From the NCBI GenBank assembly GCA_963750995.1, contig CAVVST010000005.1:347988-411987 (forward strand): DNA of 64,000 bases, in the 5' to 3' direction. The DNA comes from an uncultured Acidobacteriota bacterium (lineage in GTDB: Bacteria; Acidobacteriota; Vicinamibacteria; Vicinamibacterales; UBA2999). Shown here in pieces: positions 19,082 through 27,883 of this stretch (position 1 is the first letter of the stretch; each line of letters begins with the position of its first letter). Position numbers and translations under genes: made by a program. A model generated the notes under the pieces. It did not search any database, was not told where the DNA came from, and was given only the letters and a program-made list of their open reading frames with translations.

Positions 19082-19609
19082 TCACGACCTCGTCAATGAA
19101 AACATGACGGCATCGTGGGACACGCCGTGGAGGAGCAAACGGCGGCGCAAGACGCCCTCCCGAACCCCGCCCACCTTTTCGGCGACACGTTGGCTGGGCA
19201 AATTGCCGATGGCGACAAGAATCTCGAGCCTGACCAACTCGGTGTGCGCGAACGCCCACTCACACACGAGACCGACGGCGGATGTCGCGACCCCACGACC
19301 GGCGGCCGTGGACCGGACCCAGTAGCCGACGTTAGCGCGAAGATTGGCGTTGTCGAGCTGATTGATCCCGCTCACGCCCATAACGGCGCCGCCGGATGTA
19401 ATCGCGAATTCGAAGCCCGTGCGTTTCACGAACCCGTCCATTGTTGTCTGAATGAAAGTGGAGGCGTCCGAGACGGCGTAGCCCGCATGACACCACGGCA
19501 TCCACGGCCTGAGTTCGACCATGGACTCTCTGACTGCCCGTACGAGAGCAGGAGCATCGTCCGGTGTGAACGGACGAATGGCGACACTGTCGACGCTTTC
19601 ATCCCGCAT
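19082..19609 (-). CDS. GNAT family N-acetyltransferase (RimJ/RimL-like)
   Basis: IRPFTPDDAPAL..., VGYWVRSTAAGRGVATSAV and RLEILVAIGNLPSQRVAEKVG are typical acetyl-CoA binding core motifs. Confidence 0.8.
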   Translation of the reverse strand: MRDESVDSVAIRPFTPDDAPALVRAVRESMVELRPWMPWCHAGYAVSDASTFIQTTMDGFVKRTGFEFAITSGGAVMGVSGINQLDNANLRANVGYWVRSTAAGRGVATSAVGLVCEWAFAHTELVRLEILVAIGNLPSQRVAEKVGGVREGVLRRRLLLHGVSHDAVMFSLTRS

Positions 19610-19775
19610 GCGACTGGCGAAGAAGGTGGAGTGTATCTCAGCGGACGTTTCAAGTAGTTATGGCCGAGCCCGCCGCGGCCGCATCGTACCGATTCGACCT
19701 AGCGCCAGGGCGATTTTGACCGCAGACTCACTAAGGAATGGAGGACGCAAGCTAACGCGCACGGAGGTCGCCAAC

Positions 19776-20207
19776 ATGAAACCCTGTCCCTATTGCGGCG
19801 AAGAAATCCACAAGGAAGCGATCGTCTGCCGGTTCTGCGACCAGGATCTGCGCCGCCGCGGCCGCACCGCCTTCACCCTCGTGCTTGCCCTTGCGGCGGG
19901 CTTCGCCGTAGTCGGTTTCCCGTATTACATCGGCAGCGCCTACAGCGTGGACATCGACGATGCACGCCGCGCCGTGGGCTCGATGGAGCGGGATCGGGTT
20001 CTCCTGAGCCGGCAGTGTGGACCGAACCAGGCCACGATGTCGGTGAAAGCCTGGGAGGCTCTGCCCTCGGAGCATTCCCGCACGAACGTGCTCCGTGCGC
20101 TGGCGCGCCTCTGCCTCGAGCTCGATCGCGGCGATCAGATGGAACTGCTCAACGAGGCAGGTCAGCGCCTGGCTGTGTTCGACGGCGCGCGAATGTTCGA
20201 ATGGTGA
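19776..20207 (+). CDS. zinc-ribbon domain membrane protein
   Basis: MKPCPYCGEEIHKEAIVCRFCDQDL (CxxC...CxxC) followed by one TM helix. Start chosen at the ATG within the longer track ORF. Confidence 0.6.
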   Translation: MKPCPYCGEEIHKEAIVCRFCDQDLRRRGRTAFTLVLALAAGFAVVGFPYYIGSAYSVDIDDARRAVGSMERDRVLLSRQCGPNQATMSVKAWEALPSEHSRTNVLRALARLCLELDRGDQMELLNEAGQRLAVFDGARMFEW

Positions 20208-20339
20208 ACCTGTGCGCGTCTCGACATCCCGTGACGGCGATCGTCCGCGGCCGCGACGACACCCGTGTGTCTGCGCGGATACGCGGCGATCGGAGCGCGG
20301 GGCGGGAAACTTCTACTGCACCTTGAGCCGGGGCGTCTC

Positions 20340-20519
20340 ATGACAGACGCAGACGCGCTCATCGCCTCCCACCTCTCACGCTACGACGCGCTGCAGCGGA
20401 TCTCGAAGACCCTTGCCGGCCACCGGACGATGGCCGAGCTCATTCACGTGCTCGCCGGCAACCTTCAAACGCTCGTCCCGTTCGACTACATGGCTCTCCG
20501 CGTCAGTCGTGCGCCTTGA
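20340..20519 (+). pseudogene. truncated N-terminal remnant of a GAF-domain regulator
   Basis: MTDADALIASHLSRYDALQRISKTLAGHRTMAELIHVLAGNLQTLVPFDYMAL resembles the start of GAF sensor domains but ends after 59 codons. The end overlaps the convergent gene 20503..20790. Confidence 0.35.
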
Positions 20520-20790
20520 TCGGTCCCTCGATGATCTCAGGCTTCTCCTTCAGGAGTTTCGCCATCTTTGTCCGTACAGAGTCGGCCGCGAGCCGCACCG
20601 ATTCGTCGGCGCCGGCCTTGTCCTGGAAGACGCCGAACGACGCGCCCTCGCCAGCCCCTGTATCCAGCCAGGAGTAACCGACGAAACCCTGGGCCTTGCG
20701 GATGATCGGCACGAACTCGTTCTGGATGAGCTGATCGATCTCGACGCTGTCCCTCTTGTCGAAATGGTAGTGACGGATGACACCAAACAT
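20503..20790 (-). CDS. small ABM/ferredoxin-like-fold protein
   Basis: ATG at 20790 (MFGVIRHYHFDK...) with AGGAGG 6 nt upstream. 95 aa with an alpha+beta pattern (GFVGYSWLDTG...ASFGVFQDK). The longer ORF to 20889 lacks an RBS. Confidence 0.6.
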   Translation of the reverse strand: MFGVIRHYHFDKRDSVEIDQLIQNEFVPIIRKAQGFVGYSWLDTGAGEGASFGVFQDKAGADESVRLAADSVRTKMAKLLKEKPEIIEGPIKAHD

Positions 20791-20967
20791 GGGCCCTCCT
20801 ATAGCGAGTAAATCACAATAAACCCAAATTGCCTGTGCGTCGAGCGGATACCGTGACTGGGCTGGGTCTTCTGGGTTAATAAACCCCACGGCGGGTGACT
20901 GCCTGCCGCCACCCCCGCAGGGTTCGTGTGCTTGAGGCGCAACGCGTTTGTGCGCGTGCCAGTGTAA

Positions 20968-21549
20968 CTACATTGACAGCAATCGATGAAAGAACGATCG
21001 GTAGCGTGTGAGCGCGATCCGCAGGTCTTCAGTGGAAACGTTGTCGCCCTTTGTCCACTGTCCTTCCAGCATCGAGCGTTCACGCGTAAACACCTCTGTC
21101 AACCGAGTCACCACCTGGGACACCAGCGCATCGGCCTGTTCAACCGCGGCACGCGGTTGATCGACGAAGCCCGTTTGGATCGACTCCCACTGCGTGCGAT
21201 ATCCGACGAGTTCCTCCTTCGGAAATAGTTCCATCTGGCGGGTGTCGTCGGTCAATGCCGTGCTTGTTGTCACACCGCGCGCAATGTCTGACGGATGATC
21301 CCTGACGCCAGGCCGGTCGCCCGGCCCGTCATTGATACCAGGGCGATCGACGATGCCAGGACGGTCGACAGCGCCGCGGTCGCTCGCCACGGCTCGCTCG
21401 ACTGGTCGCTCGATCGCATTCGGCACGAGAGGGTTGTCGTGCATGACAGCCCGATCAGCCGCCCGCTCGATAGGTCGCTCCACCACGTTGGGCACGACAG
21501 GGTTATCGCGATCCTGATCTGGACGATCCGGTTTGAATGGATTCTTCAT
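20968..21549 (-). CDS. hypothetical protein with repeat-rich N-terminus and conserved C-terminal helical domain
   Basis: N-terminal repeats (NPxVPNxxERPxERA x2, DRPG x4). The C-terminal W..IQ.GFVD.P..AV..AD.LV..V motif is shared with the upstream gene. Confidence 0.6.
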   Translation of the reverse strand: MKNPFKPDRPDQDRDNPVVPNVVERPIERAADRAVMHDNPLVPNAIERPVERAVASDRGAVDRPGIVDRPGINDGPGDRPGVRDHPSDIARGVTTSTALTDDTRQMELFPKEELVGYRTQWESIQTGFVDQPRAAVEQADALVSQVVTRLTEVFTRERSMLEGQWTKGDNVSTEDLRIALTRYRSFFHRLLSM

Positions 21550-22106
21550 GAGGCCCTCCGATGCGCACCACGCGTATCGACTTCCAGGAGTTCGTCAAAA
21601 AGCGCGCGATAGTTGACCACTGCCTGACGCATTTCTTCCGTGCCGGCTTCACCCCGCTGCCGTCGCAGCGCGAATGCGCGAGCGGTGCGGTAATTCTGAA
21701 CGACCACCGGATGGTCAACAGACAAGTCGTCGGCACGCCGATCGAAGTCTTCAAGGGGGTAGCCACGCGCCGTCATCACCTGGGTGACGAGCTGATCGGC
21801 TTCGCCCACGGCGCCCTCAGGGTTGTCCACAAAGCGCGCTTGAATGCGCCGCCATTCGCGGGCAAACGCATCGGCTTGCTCTTGAGTGAGCTTGCGCAGG
21901 TTGAAACGGCTGACGCGTACGGCGCGCTCCCGCAGAACGGAGTCAGCACGTGCGGGGCCGACAGCCTCAACGGTTCGTTCGTACTCCGGTCCAAAACGTT
22001 CGCGCAGGCTCACGCGCCGGCGCCGGGTCGTGTATGCCCAGGCCGCAAGCCCGAGCAACAGCAGAACGAGACCGATACCGACGAGCATAAGGGTTTGTGA
22101 ATCCAC
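21546..22106 (-). CDS. membrane-anchored paralog of 20968..21549
   Basis: N-terminal TM helix LMLVGIGLVLLLLGLAAWAY, then WRRIQARFVDNPEGAVGEADQLVTQV. ATGA overlap with the downstream gene. Confidence 0.6.
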   Translation of the reverse strand: MDSQTLMLVGIGLVLLLLGLAAWAYTTRRRRVSLRERFGPEYERTVEAVGPARADSVLRERAVRVSRFNLRKLTQEQADAFAREWRRIQARFVDNPEGAVGEADQLVTQVMTARGYPLEDFDRRADDLSVDHPVVVQNYRTARAFALRRQRGEAGTEEMRQAVVNYRALFDELLEVDTRGAHRRAS

Positions 22107-22318
22107 AGTTGGCCCTCCCGAGGTATAGAACTCGCAAGCGTCATTCCACGCTCGAAGTTGTTGAGTGATTCACAAGGCGTAATCGGCGCACCCTGAAATC
22201 AGGACCTGGTGTTGGGTTCGGTGAGACCAAGGCTTGCATCAGCGATTCTTGAGCCGCGACAGAGACAGAGCGAGGACGTGGCCACGTCGCTTCGTTAATC
22301 TGAAAGGTTGGGATCGTC

Positions 22319-22507
22319 ATGACAATCTCGATAACCGACGCCGACGCTGCCATCATCAGAGAGGTTCTCGAAGCGAAGCTCATCGATATGCGCCGCGAGA
22401 TCTCTCACACGGACTCCCCGCGTTTCCGGGGCACACTGTACGAGGTTGAAAGCGCGTTACAGCGCCTGCTCTCGCAGCTCCCAGCCGAGGTCGTCGCGCG
22501 ACCTTGA
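22319..22507 (+). CDS. small hypothetical protein (62 aa)
   Basis: ORF with plausible helical composition and GGTTGGGA upstream. No recognisable family. Confidence 0.35.
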   Translation: MTISITDADAAIIREVLEAKLIDMRREISHTDSPRFRGTLYEVESALQRLLSQLPAEVVARP

Positions 22508-22553
22508 TCAGGGGCATACACGCTACTCGAATCGGGAGATCCAGGAGATCCAG

Positions 22554-22766
22554 ATGCATGACCTCGTACTGAGCCCTCGACAGTTTGGATTTGTCATCGG
22601 CACTCGTGCGGCCGGTGCATTCGGGCTCGGCTTACTGTTGGCGAGCCGGATTTCGGAGCATCGGCGTAGAAGAATAGGGCTGACGCTGCTGGCCATCGGT
22701 CTGGTGACCACGGTTCCCGCGGCTCACCTGGTTTTTGGAAAGCGCGCCTCAGCAATAGCGGCTTAG
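22554..22766 (+). CDS. small membrane protein (70 aa, 2 TM)
   Basis: ATG at 22554 preceded by GGAGAT. Two hydrophobic helices flank RISEHRRRR. Confidence 0.4.
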   Translation: MHDLVLSPRQFGFVIGTRAAGAFGLGLLLASRISEHRRRRIGLTLLAIGLVTTVPAAHLVFGKRASAIAA

Positions 22767-22804
22767 CCGAGCGACGTCGCGGGGCACCAGCGTCACGACT
22801 GGAT

Positions 22805-22823
22805 GTCTTCTCGATCAGAAGAC
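22805..22823 (+). terminator. short stem-loop downstream of 22554..22766
   Basis: GTCTTCT-CGATC-AGAAGAC, a perfect 7-bp stem. No U-tract. Confidence 0.2.
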
Positions 22824-22888
22824 GTGTACCTTCGAGGTTTCGTCGGACCTCCAACTACCTTGGTCTGTGTTAGATTCGCACCGGCACG

Positions 22889-23815
22889 ATGACCAACCTG
22901 AACCGCGCGAGTGCGCTCTGCGCCGGCGTCGCGATCTGTGCCGCCGGTTTCTGGTTCGCGCTGCGGGAACCCTCCGCACCGACCGGTGACGCGCCGGCGG
23001 CAGGCGAGCGCATCCCGAACTTCGCGCCGAACGATCGGACCTCCTGGTATCCGGACCGCGTGGATGGCGACAACTGGCTGCCGCCGGAAGACGGCGGGCC
23101 CGGCCCGATCATGTCGAGGCCGGATTATCCGTACGTGCCGAACGATACGTCCGATCAACCGACCTATCGCGTCGGCGATCTGAGCAATCCGATTCTGCAG
23201 CCGTGGGTGCGCGCGCAGATGGAGCGCGACAACAACGAGGTGCTGGCCGGCAAGATCCCGTACGTGGCGCGGGAGCGATGCTATCCGCCGGGGCCGGTGG
23301 CATGGAACGTCTTTCGTCGCGTGACGCCGCCGATGGTGTTCTTCGTGCAGCAGCCGGCGTTCGTGCTGCTGGTCTACCGCGGCGACAACCAGTTCCGGCA
23401 CGTCTACCTGAACGTGCCGCATTCGTCGAACCCGAAGCCGTCCTGGAGCGGGGAATCAGTCGGCCACTACGAGAACGGCGACACGCTCGTCGTCGACACC
23501 ATCGGAGTCCTCGCGCATCCGCTCAGTTTCGTCGACAATTACCGCACGCCGCACAGCGACCAGCTTCACGTCATCGAACGGTATCGCCTCAGCGCCGACG
23601 GCAAGACCATCGACGTGACCGTGCGCGTCGAGGATCCGGGCGCGTTCACCATGCCGTGGACCGCACGGCAGCACTACGCCGCGTCGGAGGAAGGGCCGGT
23701 TGAGGAGGCGATCTGCGCTGAAGGCGCGGGACGGGGCACGGACATCTTCAACTGGGGCCTCAGCCACGCCAAGGACCTCGTGCCCATGCCTCAGGACGAC
23801 ACCCCTGACTTCTGA
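22889..23815 (+). CDS. family-B protein (B3), N-terminal membrane anchor
   Basis: Anchor ALCAGVAICAAGFWFAL. Motifs RHVYLNVPHSSNPKPSWSGESVGHYENGDTLVVDTIGV and HVIERYRLSADGKTIDVTV. Confidence 0.75.
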   Translation: MTNLNRASALCAGVAICAAGFWFALREPSAPTGDAPAAGERIPNFAPNDRTSWYPDRVDGDNWLPPEDGGPGPIMSRPDYPYVPNDTSDQPTYRVGDLSNPILQPWVRAQMERDNNEVLAGKIPYVARERCYPPGPVAWNVFRRVTPPMVFFVQQPAFVLLVYRGDNQFRHVYLNVPHSSNPKPSWSGESVGHYENGDTLVVDTIGVLAHPLSFVDNYRTPHSDQLHVIERYRLSADGKTIDVTVRVEDPGAFTMPWTARQHYAASEEGPVEEAICAEGAGRGTDIFNWGLSHAKDLVPMPQDDTPDF

Positions 23816-23825
23816 GCCGCGACCC

Positions 23826-24212
23826 TCAGTCCATCTTCATCACTTTCCCGTCGGGAAGCTTCAGCATCAGGCCGTTCCCGGTTCCGCCGGGGCTGCCGTC
23901 TTTCAGCGGATGCATCTCGATCGAGATATCCATGCCGGGCCTGAGCGTCTTCGGGGTAAAACCCATGCGCGCCAAGGTTCTCGGTGATGACAGCTCGATC
24001 GCCCACTGCTTGGGCTCTCCTTTAGGCACCGGCGTCGTCATCACGATCCAGACGTGCGGAGAAATCCACTGGAATTCCTTGACCGTGCCGTTCAGGGTCA
24101 CCGTCTTCTTGACGTCGAACATGGCGAATGAATGATGCGCCCATGCCGGCGCTGCCAAGAGCGCAAGCGCCATACCCACGAGGCCAGGTGTGGTGAATGC
24201 TTTGAGTCTCAT
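23826..24212 (-). CDS. family-A small secreted protein (A2; DUF6152-like)
   Basis: ATG at 24212: MRLKAFTTPGLVGMALALLAAPAWA|HHSFAMFD...EFQWISPHVW...LRPGMDI. Confidence 0.8.
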   Translation of the reverse strand: MRLKAFTTPGLVGMALALLAAPAWAHHSFAMFDVKKTVTLNGTVKEFQWISPHVWIVMTTPVPKGEPKQWAIELSSPRTLARMGFTPKTLRPGMDISIEMHPLKDGSPGGTGNGLMLKLPDGKVMKMD

Positions 24213-24240
24213 CTCGCCGGTAGTGTACCTTAGCTGCCGC

Positions 24241-24969
24241 ATGACTACGCGCGCGTCGGCTCGGGTATGGCTCGCGTTCTCCCTGACAGCGGCCGCCGCA
24301 ATCGCCGGGTGCGCGGCGCCGGACCTGCCCCCCGGTCTTTCCGGCATCTACTGGGCGACCGAGTACCACCCAAATATTCAAGTGGTCGGTGGAGGGGAGC
24401 TGCCACTCACCGAGGCGGGCCGGACGGCGCATGCCAGAAACATGGCCGGGCTCAAGGACGGATCGATCGAGGACCGAGCCCGGAAGTACTGCACGCCCGA
24501 CGGCGTCCCGCGTTCGCTCGCGACCCCCTACCCGTTCGAGATCATCGAGGCGCCAGCCGGCCAGATCCTCATCGTCTACGAGATGAATCACATGATCCGC
24601 CGGATCGCCATGGACACGCCGCTGCCACCGTACGAAGAGCTGTTCATCGAGCCGTTTTACAACGGGCATTCGGTCGGTCGTTTCGAAGGCGACACGCTGG
24701 TCGTGCAATCGGGTGGCTTCAAGGACGAGACGTTTCTCGATGCCACCGGCGCACCGCACACGGACATGCTCGAGACGACGGAGCGGATTCGCCGCATCAG
24801 CCCGACCGAGCTCGAGGACGTGGTCACCATCCACGATCCCGAATACTATTCCCGCGACTGGCAGGCGCGTTTCGTCTACACGCTGCGAACGGATGTCCGC
24901 ATCGAGGATTACATCTGCGGCTTCGAACACCGGGACATTTCATCGGTGGCCGGCGTCGATCGTCCTTAG
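24241..24969 (+). CDS. family-B lipoprotein (B4)
   Basis: Lipobox AAIAGC. Motifs LSGIYWATEY, FYNGHSVGRFEGDTLVVQSGGF and TERIRRISPTELEDVVTIHDP. Confidence 0.75.
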   Translation: MTTRASARVWLAFSLTAAAAIAGCAAPDLPPGLSGIYWATEYHPNIQVVGGGELPLTEAGRTAHARNMAGLKDGSIEDRARKYCTPDGVPRSLATPYPFEIIEAPAGQILIVYEMNHMIRRIAMDTPLPPYEELFIEPFYNGHSVGRFEGDTLVVQSGGFKDETFLDATGAPHTDMLETTERIRRISPTELEDVVTIHDPEYYSRDWQARFVYTLRTDVRIEDYICGFEHRDISSVAGVDRP

Positions 24970-25526
24970 TTCTCCGCGCTGAACGCGTTGCACGACACCG
25001 TTGTGTGCCAGTTCGAGAAGGCGCCCGCGGGGTTGTCCTTCCACGCCCAGACATGCAGCGTGTAGAAGTCTGGTAATCCGAAACGGTTCGGGCTCTCGAA
25101 GAGATGCAGAAGCTGCCCCATCAGTTGCGGCGTCGCCGCGTTGTTGGCGTGCCAATCATCGGCGAATACGAGAAAGTCTGCGCCGATCAGTCGCGGACGC
25201 CCGTTCGGCTGCGGCTCGTAAATCACGATTTCCGGTCGCGCCGGATCCAGCACACCATCGGTGACCAGCGAGAGATTCACGTAGTGCAGTCCCATCGCGC
25301 CCCAGTCCGGTCCGCTCACGCAGCCGAACATCAGCGAGTAGCCTTCTGCCTCGGCGACCGACACGTCCTTGAAGCGCTCTGTCACATCGCGCACGACCTT
25401 GACGAGATCGCCGGCGGCAGCCTTCTCTTCGCGTGGTGATTGATGATGCTGTGTGCCCTGGGCGCGAATAGGTGTCGGCCACGAGGCCGTGAGAACGAGA
25501 ACACCGATCAGAAGATGCTTGCTCAT
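24966..25526 (-). CDS. secreted hypothetical protein
   Basis: ATG at 25526 with AGGAGGA upstream. Signal peptide MSKHLLIGVLVLTASWPTPIRAQ. No family recognised. Confidence 0.6.
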   Translation of the reverse strand: MSKHLLIGVLVLTASWPTPIRAQGTQHHQSPREEKAAAGDLVKVVRDVTERFKDVSVAEAEGYSLMFGCVSGPDWGAMGLHYVNLSLVTDGVLDPARPEIVIYEPQPNGRPRLIGADFLVFADDWHANNAATPQLMGQLLHLFESPNRFGLPDFYTLHVWAWKDNPAGAFSNWHTTVSCNAFSAEN

Positions 25527-25666
25527 GCCGTTCCTCCTCTTTCGACAAGGAGGATGCCGCACCGCGTGGCGCGTGCCCATGGGCGTTTTGTCCCGGTTCG
25601 ACCGAAACCGCGCGTCCGGACGTGGGACAAACGTCCTACTCCAGATCCGCGAACACCTAACGTCGC

Positions 25667-26911
25667 TTAACCGACGTTGGCAGAGGTTTCTTGCGGCCTG
25701 CCGGCAAGATCTTGGTGCGACCGCTCTCTCGACCGAAAAAACAGCGCGAAGAGCATCAGGACCACCAACGCTCCGGCGGCCGGAACCAGCCAGATGCGGT
25801 CCCACGCATGGGCGGGCGGCTCTGCCGTGATCACAAACGCATCGACCACGCGCCCCGAGATGAGCGACCCGATGAACATGCCGACACCGAGCGTGACGAA
25901 GGCGATCAGCCCTTGCGCGGCCGATCGCACGTCGGCGGGGGCGCGTTGGTCGACGTAGATCTGCCCGGTCACGAAGAAGAAGTCGTAGCAGATCCCGTGG
26001 AGCAAGATGCCGGAATAGAGCGCCCAGACCATGGCGCCGTCATCGCCAGCGGCGAAGAGCAGATAACGGCCTGCCCACGCGGCCATCCCGACCAGTAGCA
26101 TGTACTTCACGCCAAGCCTGCGGAAAAACCATGGCATGACCAGCATGAAGCCGATCTCCGACATCTGCCCGAGCGTCATCTTGCCGGCCGCGTTGCTGAC
26201 GCCGAGCTCGTTCAAGAAGGGATTCGCGAACGTGTAATAGAACTGGAGCGGGATGCAGATCAGAAACGATCCGAGCACGAACACGGCGAACGATGAGTCG
26301 CGCAGTAATCGCAGCGCGTCGAGCCCGAGAACGTCACGAACGGTGACACGCAGCGCCACCTTCGCCGGCGGCGTATGGGGAAGCGCCAGACAGAACAATC
26401 CGAGCCCAAGCGATCCGGCTGCGGCGATGCGCATCGGAATTGCGGTCGCTTCGAGACCCAGGGTGCCGATGAACAGGCCCGCAACAATCCACCCGATCGT
26501 GCCGAGGACGCGAATCGGCGGGAACTCACGCGATGGATCACGCATCTGTCGGAATGAGATGGCATTGCTCAGGGCGAGTGTGGGCATGTAGCACAGTGCG
26601 TACGCCATCAGAACCGCGTAGAACGGGCCGAAGACGTTCTGCGTGGAGGCCCAGAACAGAATGCCTGCGCCAACGATGTGCAGCCCGGCGAGCAGCTTTT
26701 CCGTTGAAAAGAATCGATCCGCGATCATGCCGACGAAAAATGGCGACAACATTGCGGCGATCGCCGTGGTGCCGTAGGAGAGCCCGATCTGCTGGCCGCT
26801 GAATCCGAGCGTCGCGCCGAGCCAGGTGCCCATCGTGACCGACCAGGCGCCCCACACGAAGTACTGCAGGAACATCAATATGGAGAGCTTCAGGCGCGTA
26901 CCAGGAAACAT
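25667..26911 (-). CDS. MFS transporter, nucleoside:H+ symporter (NupG/XapB)-like
   Basis: N-terminus LKLSILMFLQYFVWGAWSVTMGTWL...MLSPFFVGMIADRFF is characteristic of the NHS family. 12 TM. Confidence 0.8.
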   Translation of the reverse strand: MFPGTRLKLSILMFLQYFVWGAWSVTMGTWLGATLGFSGQQIGLSYGTTAIAAMLSPFFVGMIADRFFSTEKLLAGLHIVGAGILFWASTQNVFGPFYAVLMAYALCYMPTLALSNAISFRQMRDPSREFPPIRVLGTIGWIVAGLFIGTLGLEATAIPMRIAAAGSLGLGLFCLALPHTPPAKVALRVTVRDVLGLDALRLLRDSSFAVFVLGSFLICIPLQFYYTFANPFLNELGVSNAAGKMTLGQMSEIGFMLVMPWFFRRLGVKYMLLVGMAAWAGRYLLFAAGDDGAMVWALYSGILLHGICYDFFFVTGQIYVDQRAPADVRSAAQGLIAFVTLGVGMFIGSLISGRVVDAFVITAEPPAHAWDRIWLVPAAGALVVLMLFALFFRSRERSHQDLAGRPQETSANVG

Positions 26912-26914
26912 GCT

Positions 26915-27883
26915 CTAGGTCCACCAGGGATCTGCCGGCGGCTCGGTCATAACGATGCGGCTCAGGAGATCCACGGCCGCGCGTAATCCCTCGTCCACCG
27001 AGATCAGCGCGTCCTCATGCTCGATGCTGATGACGTGGTCGTAGCCGACGAGGCGGAGCGCCGTGACCATCTGCTTCCAGACCAGCGCATCGTGGCCCCA
27101 ACCGACGGTGCGGAATAGCCAGGAGCGCTCGCCCATCCTGCGGTAGCTCTTGACGTCCAACACGCCGTTGACCGCGACGTTGTGACGGTCGAAGGCGAGG
27201 TCCTTCGCGTGAACATGGAAAATGCAGTCGCCCAATGCGCGGATGGCTGCGGGGATATCCACACCCTGCCAAAACAAGTGACTCGGATCGAAATTGATGC
27301 CGATGGCCGGGCCGGTGGCGCCGCGCAGCTTCAGCATCGTGTCGACGTTGTAGACCAGGAACCCGGGATGGGCTTCGATCGCAATGGTCACGCCGTGATC
27401 GGACGCAAACGCCGCGGCGTCGGTCCAATAGGGAATCGCCTTCTCATTCCATTGCCATTCGAGCACCTCGAGGAACTCCGATGGCCACGGTGTCGTGATC
27501 CAGTTGGGATGCTTGGCGCCATCCGAATCACCGGGACATCCGGAGAACGTCACCACCGTCGGTACCTGTAGTTTTTCGGCGAGGCGCACCGTCTGCCGGA
27601 ACAGCGCGTCAGCATCCCGGGCAACGACCGGATCAGGGTGCAGCGGATTGCCATGGCACGAGAGGGCGCTGATGGTCAGACCGGCGTCGGTCAGCAGCTG
27701 CCGATAGGTGGTGGCGCGGCAGTGACCTTCGATCATGTCCGTGAGGTCATCGAGGTGAGAACGCCCCGGCCATCCGCCCGTCCCCAATTCGACCGCTTCC
27801 ACGTGCCGCAGTGACTTCACCTTCGCGATCATCTCGGGAGTCGAGAGGTGAGCGAACACCGGTGTGAATACGCCCAGTTTCAT
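26915..27883 (-). CDS. xylose-isomerase-like TIM-barrel protein (sugar phosphate isomerase/epimerase family), cytoplasmic
   Basis: ATG at 27883 (MKLGVFTPVF...) overlaps the upstream stop (ATGA). Family motifs ...HVHAKD..., ISIEHED. Confidence 0.8.
   Translation of the reverse strand: MKLGVFTPVFAHLSTPEMIAKVKSLRHVEAVELGTGGWPGRSHLDDLTDMIEGHCRATTYRQLLTDAGLTISALSCHGNPLHPDPVVARDADALFRQTVRLAEKLQVPTVVTFSGCPGDSDGAKHPNWITTPWPSEFLEVLEWQWNEKAIPYWTDAAAFASDHGVTIAIEAHPGFLVYNVDTMLKLRGATGPAIGINFDPSHLFWQGVDIPAAIRALGDCIFHVHAKDLAFDRHNVAVNGVLDVKSYRRMGERSWLFRTVGWGHDALVWKQMVTALRLVGYDHVISIEHEDALISVDEGLRAAVDLLSRIVMTEPPADPWWT

Noticed and set aside
20800-20900. GGGTTTATTAACCC / TGGGTTTATTG repeats upstream of the ABM-like gene as an operator pair.
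   Set aside because: There are only two short, imperfect copies in an AT-richer promoter region and no cognate regulator nearby. The evidence is too weak to call a site.
25588-25630. Hairpin TTGTCCC...GGGACAA downstream of the NupG-like transporter gene as an intrinsic terminator.
   Set aside because: On the transcribed (minus) strand the stem is followed by an A-rich rather than U-rich tract, and the loop is 29 nt. It is not a convincing intrinsic terminator.
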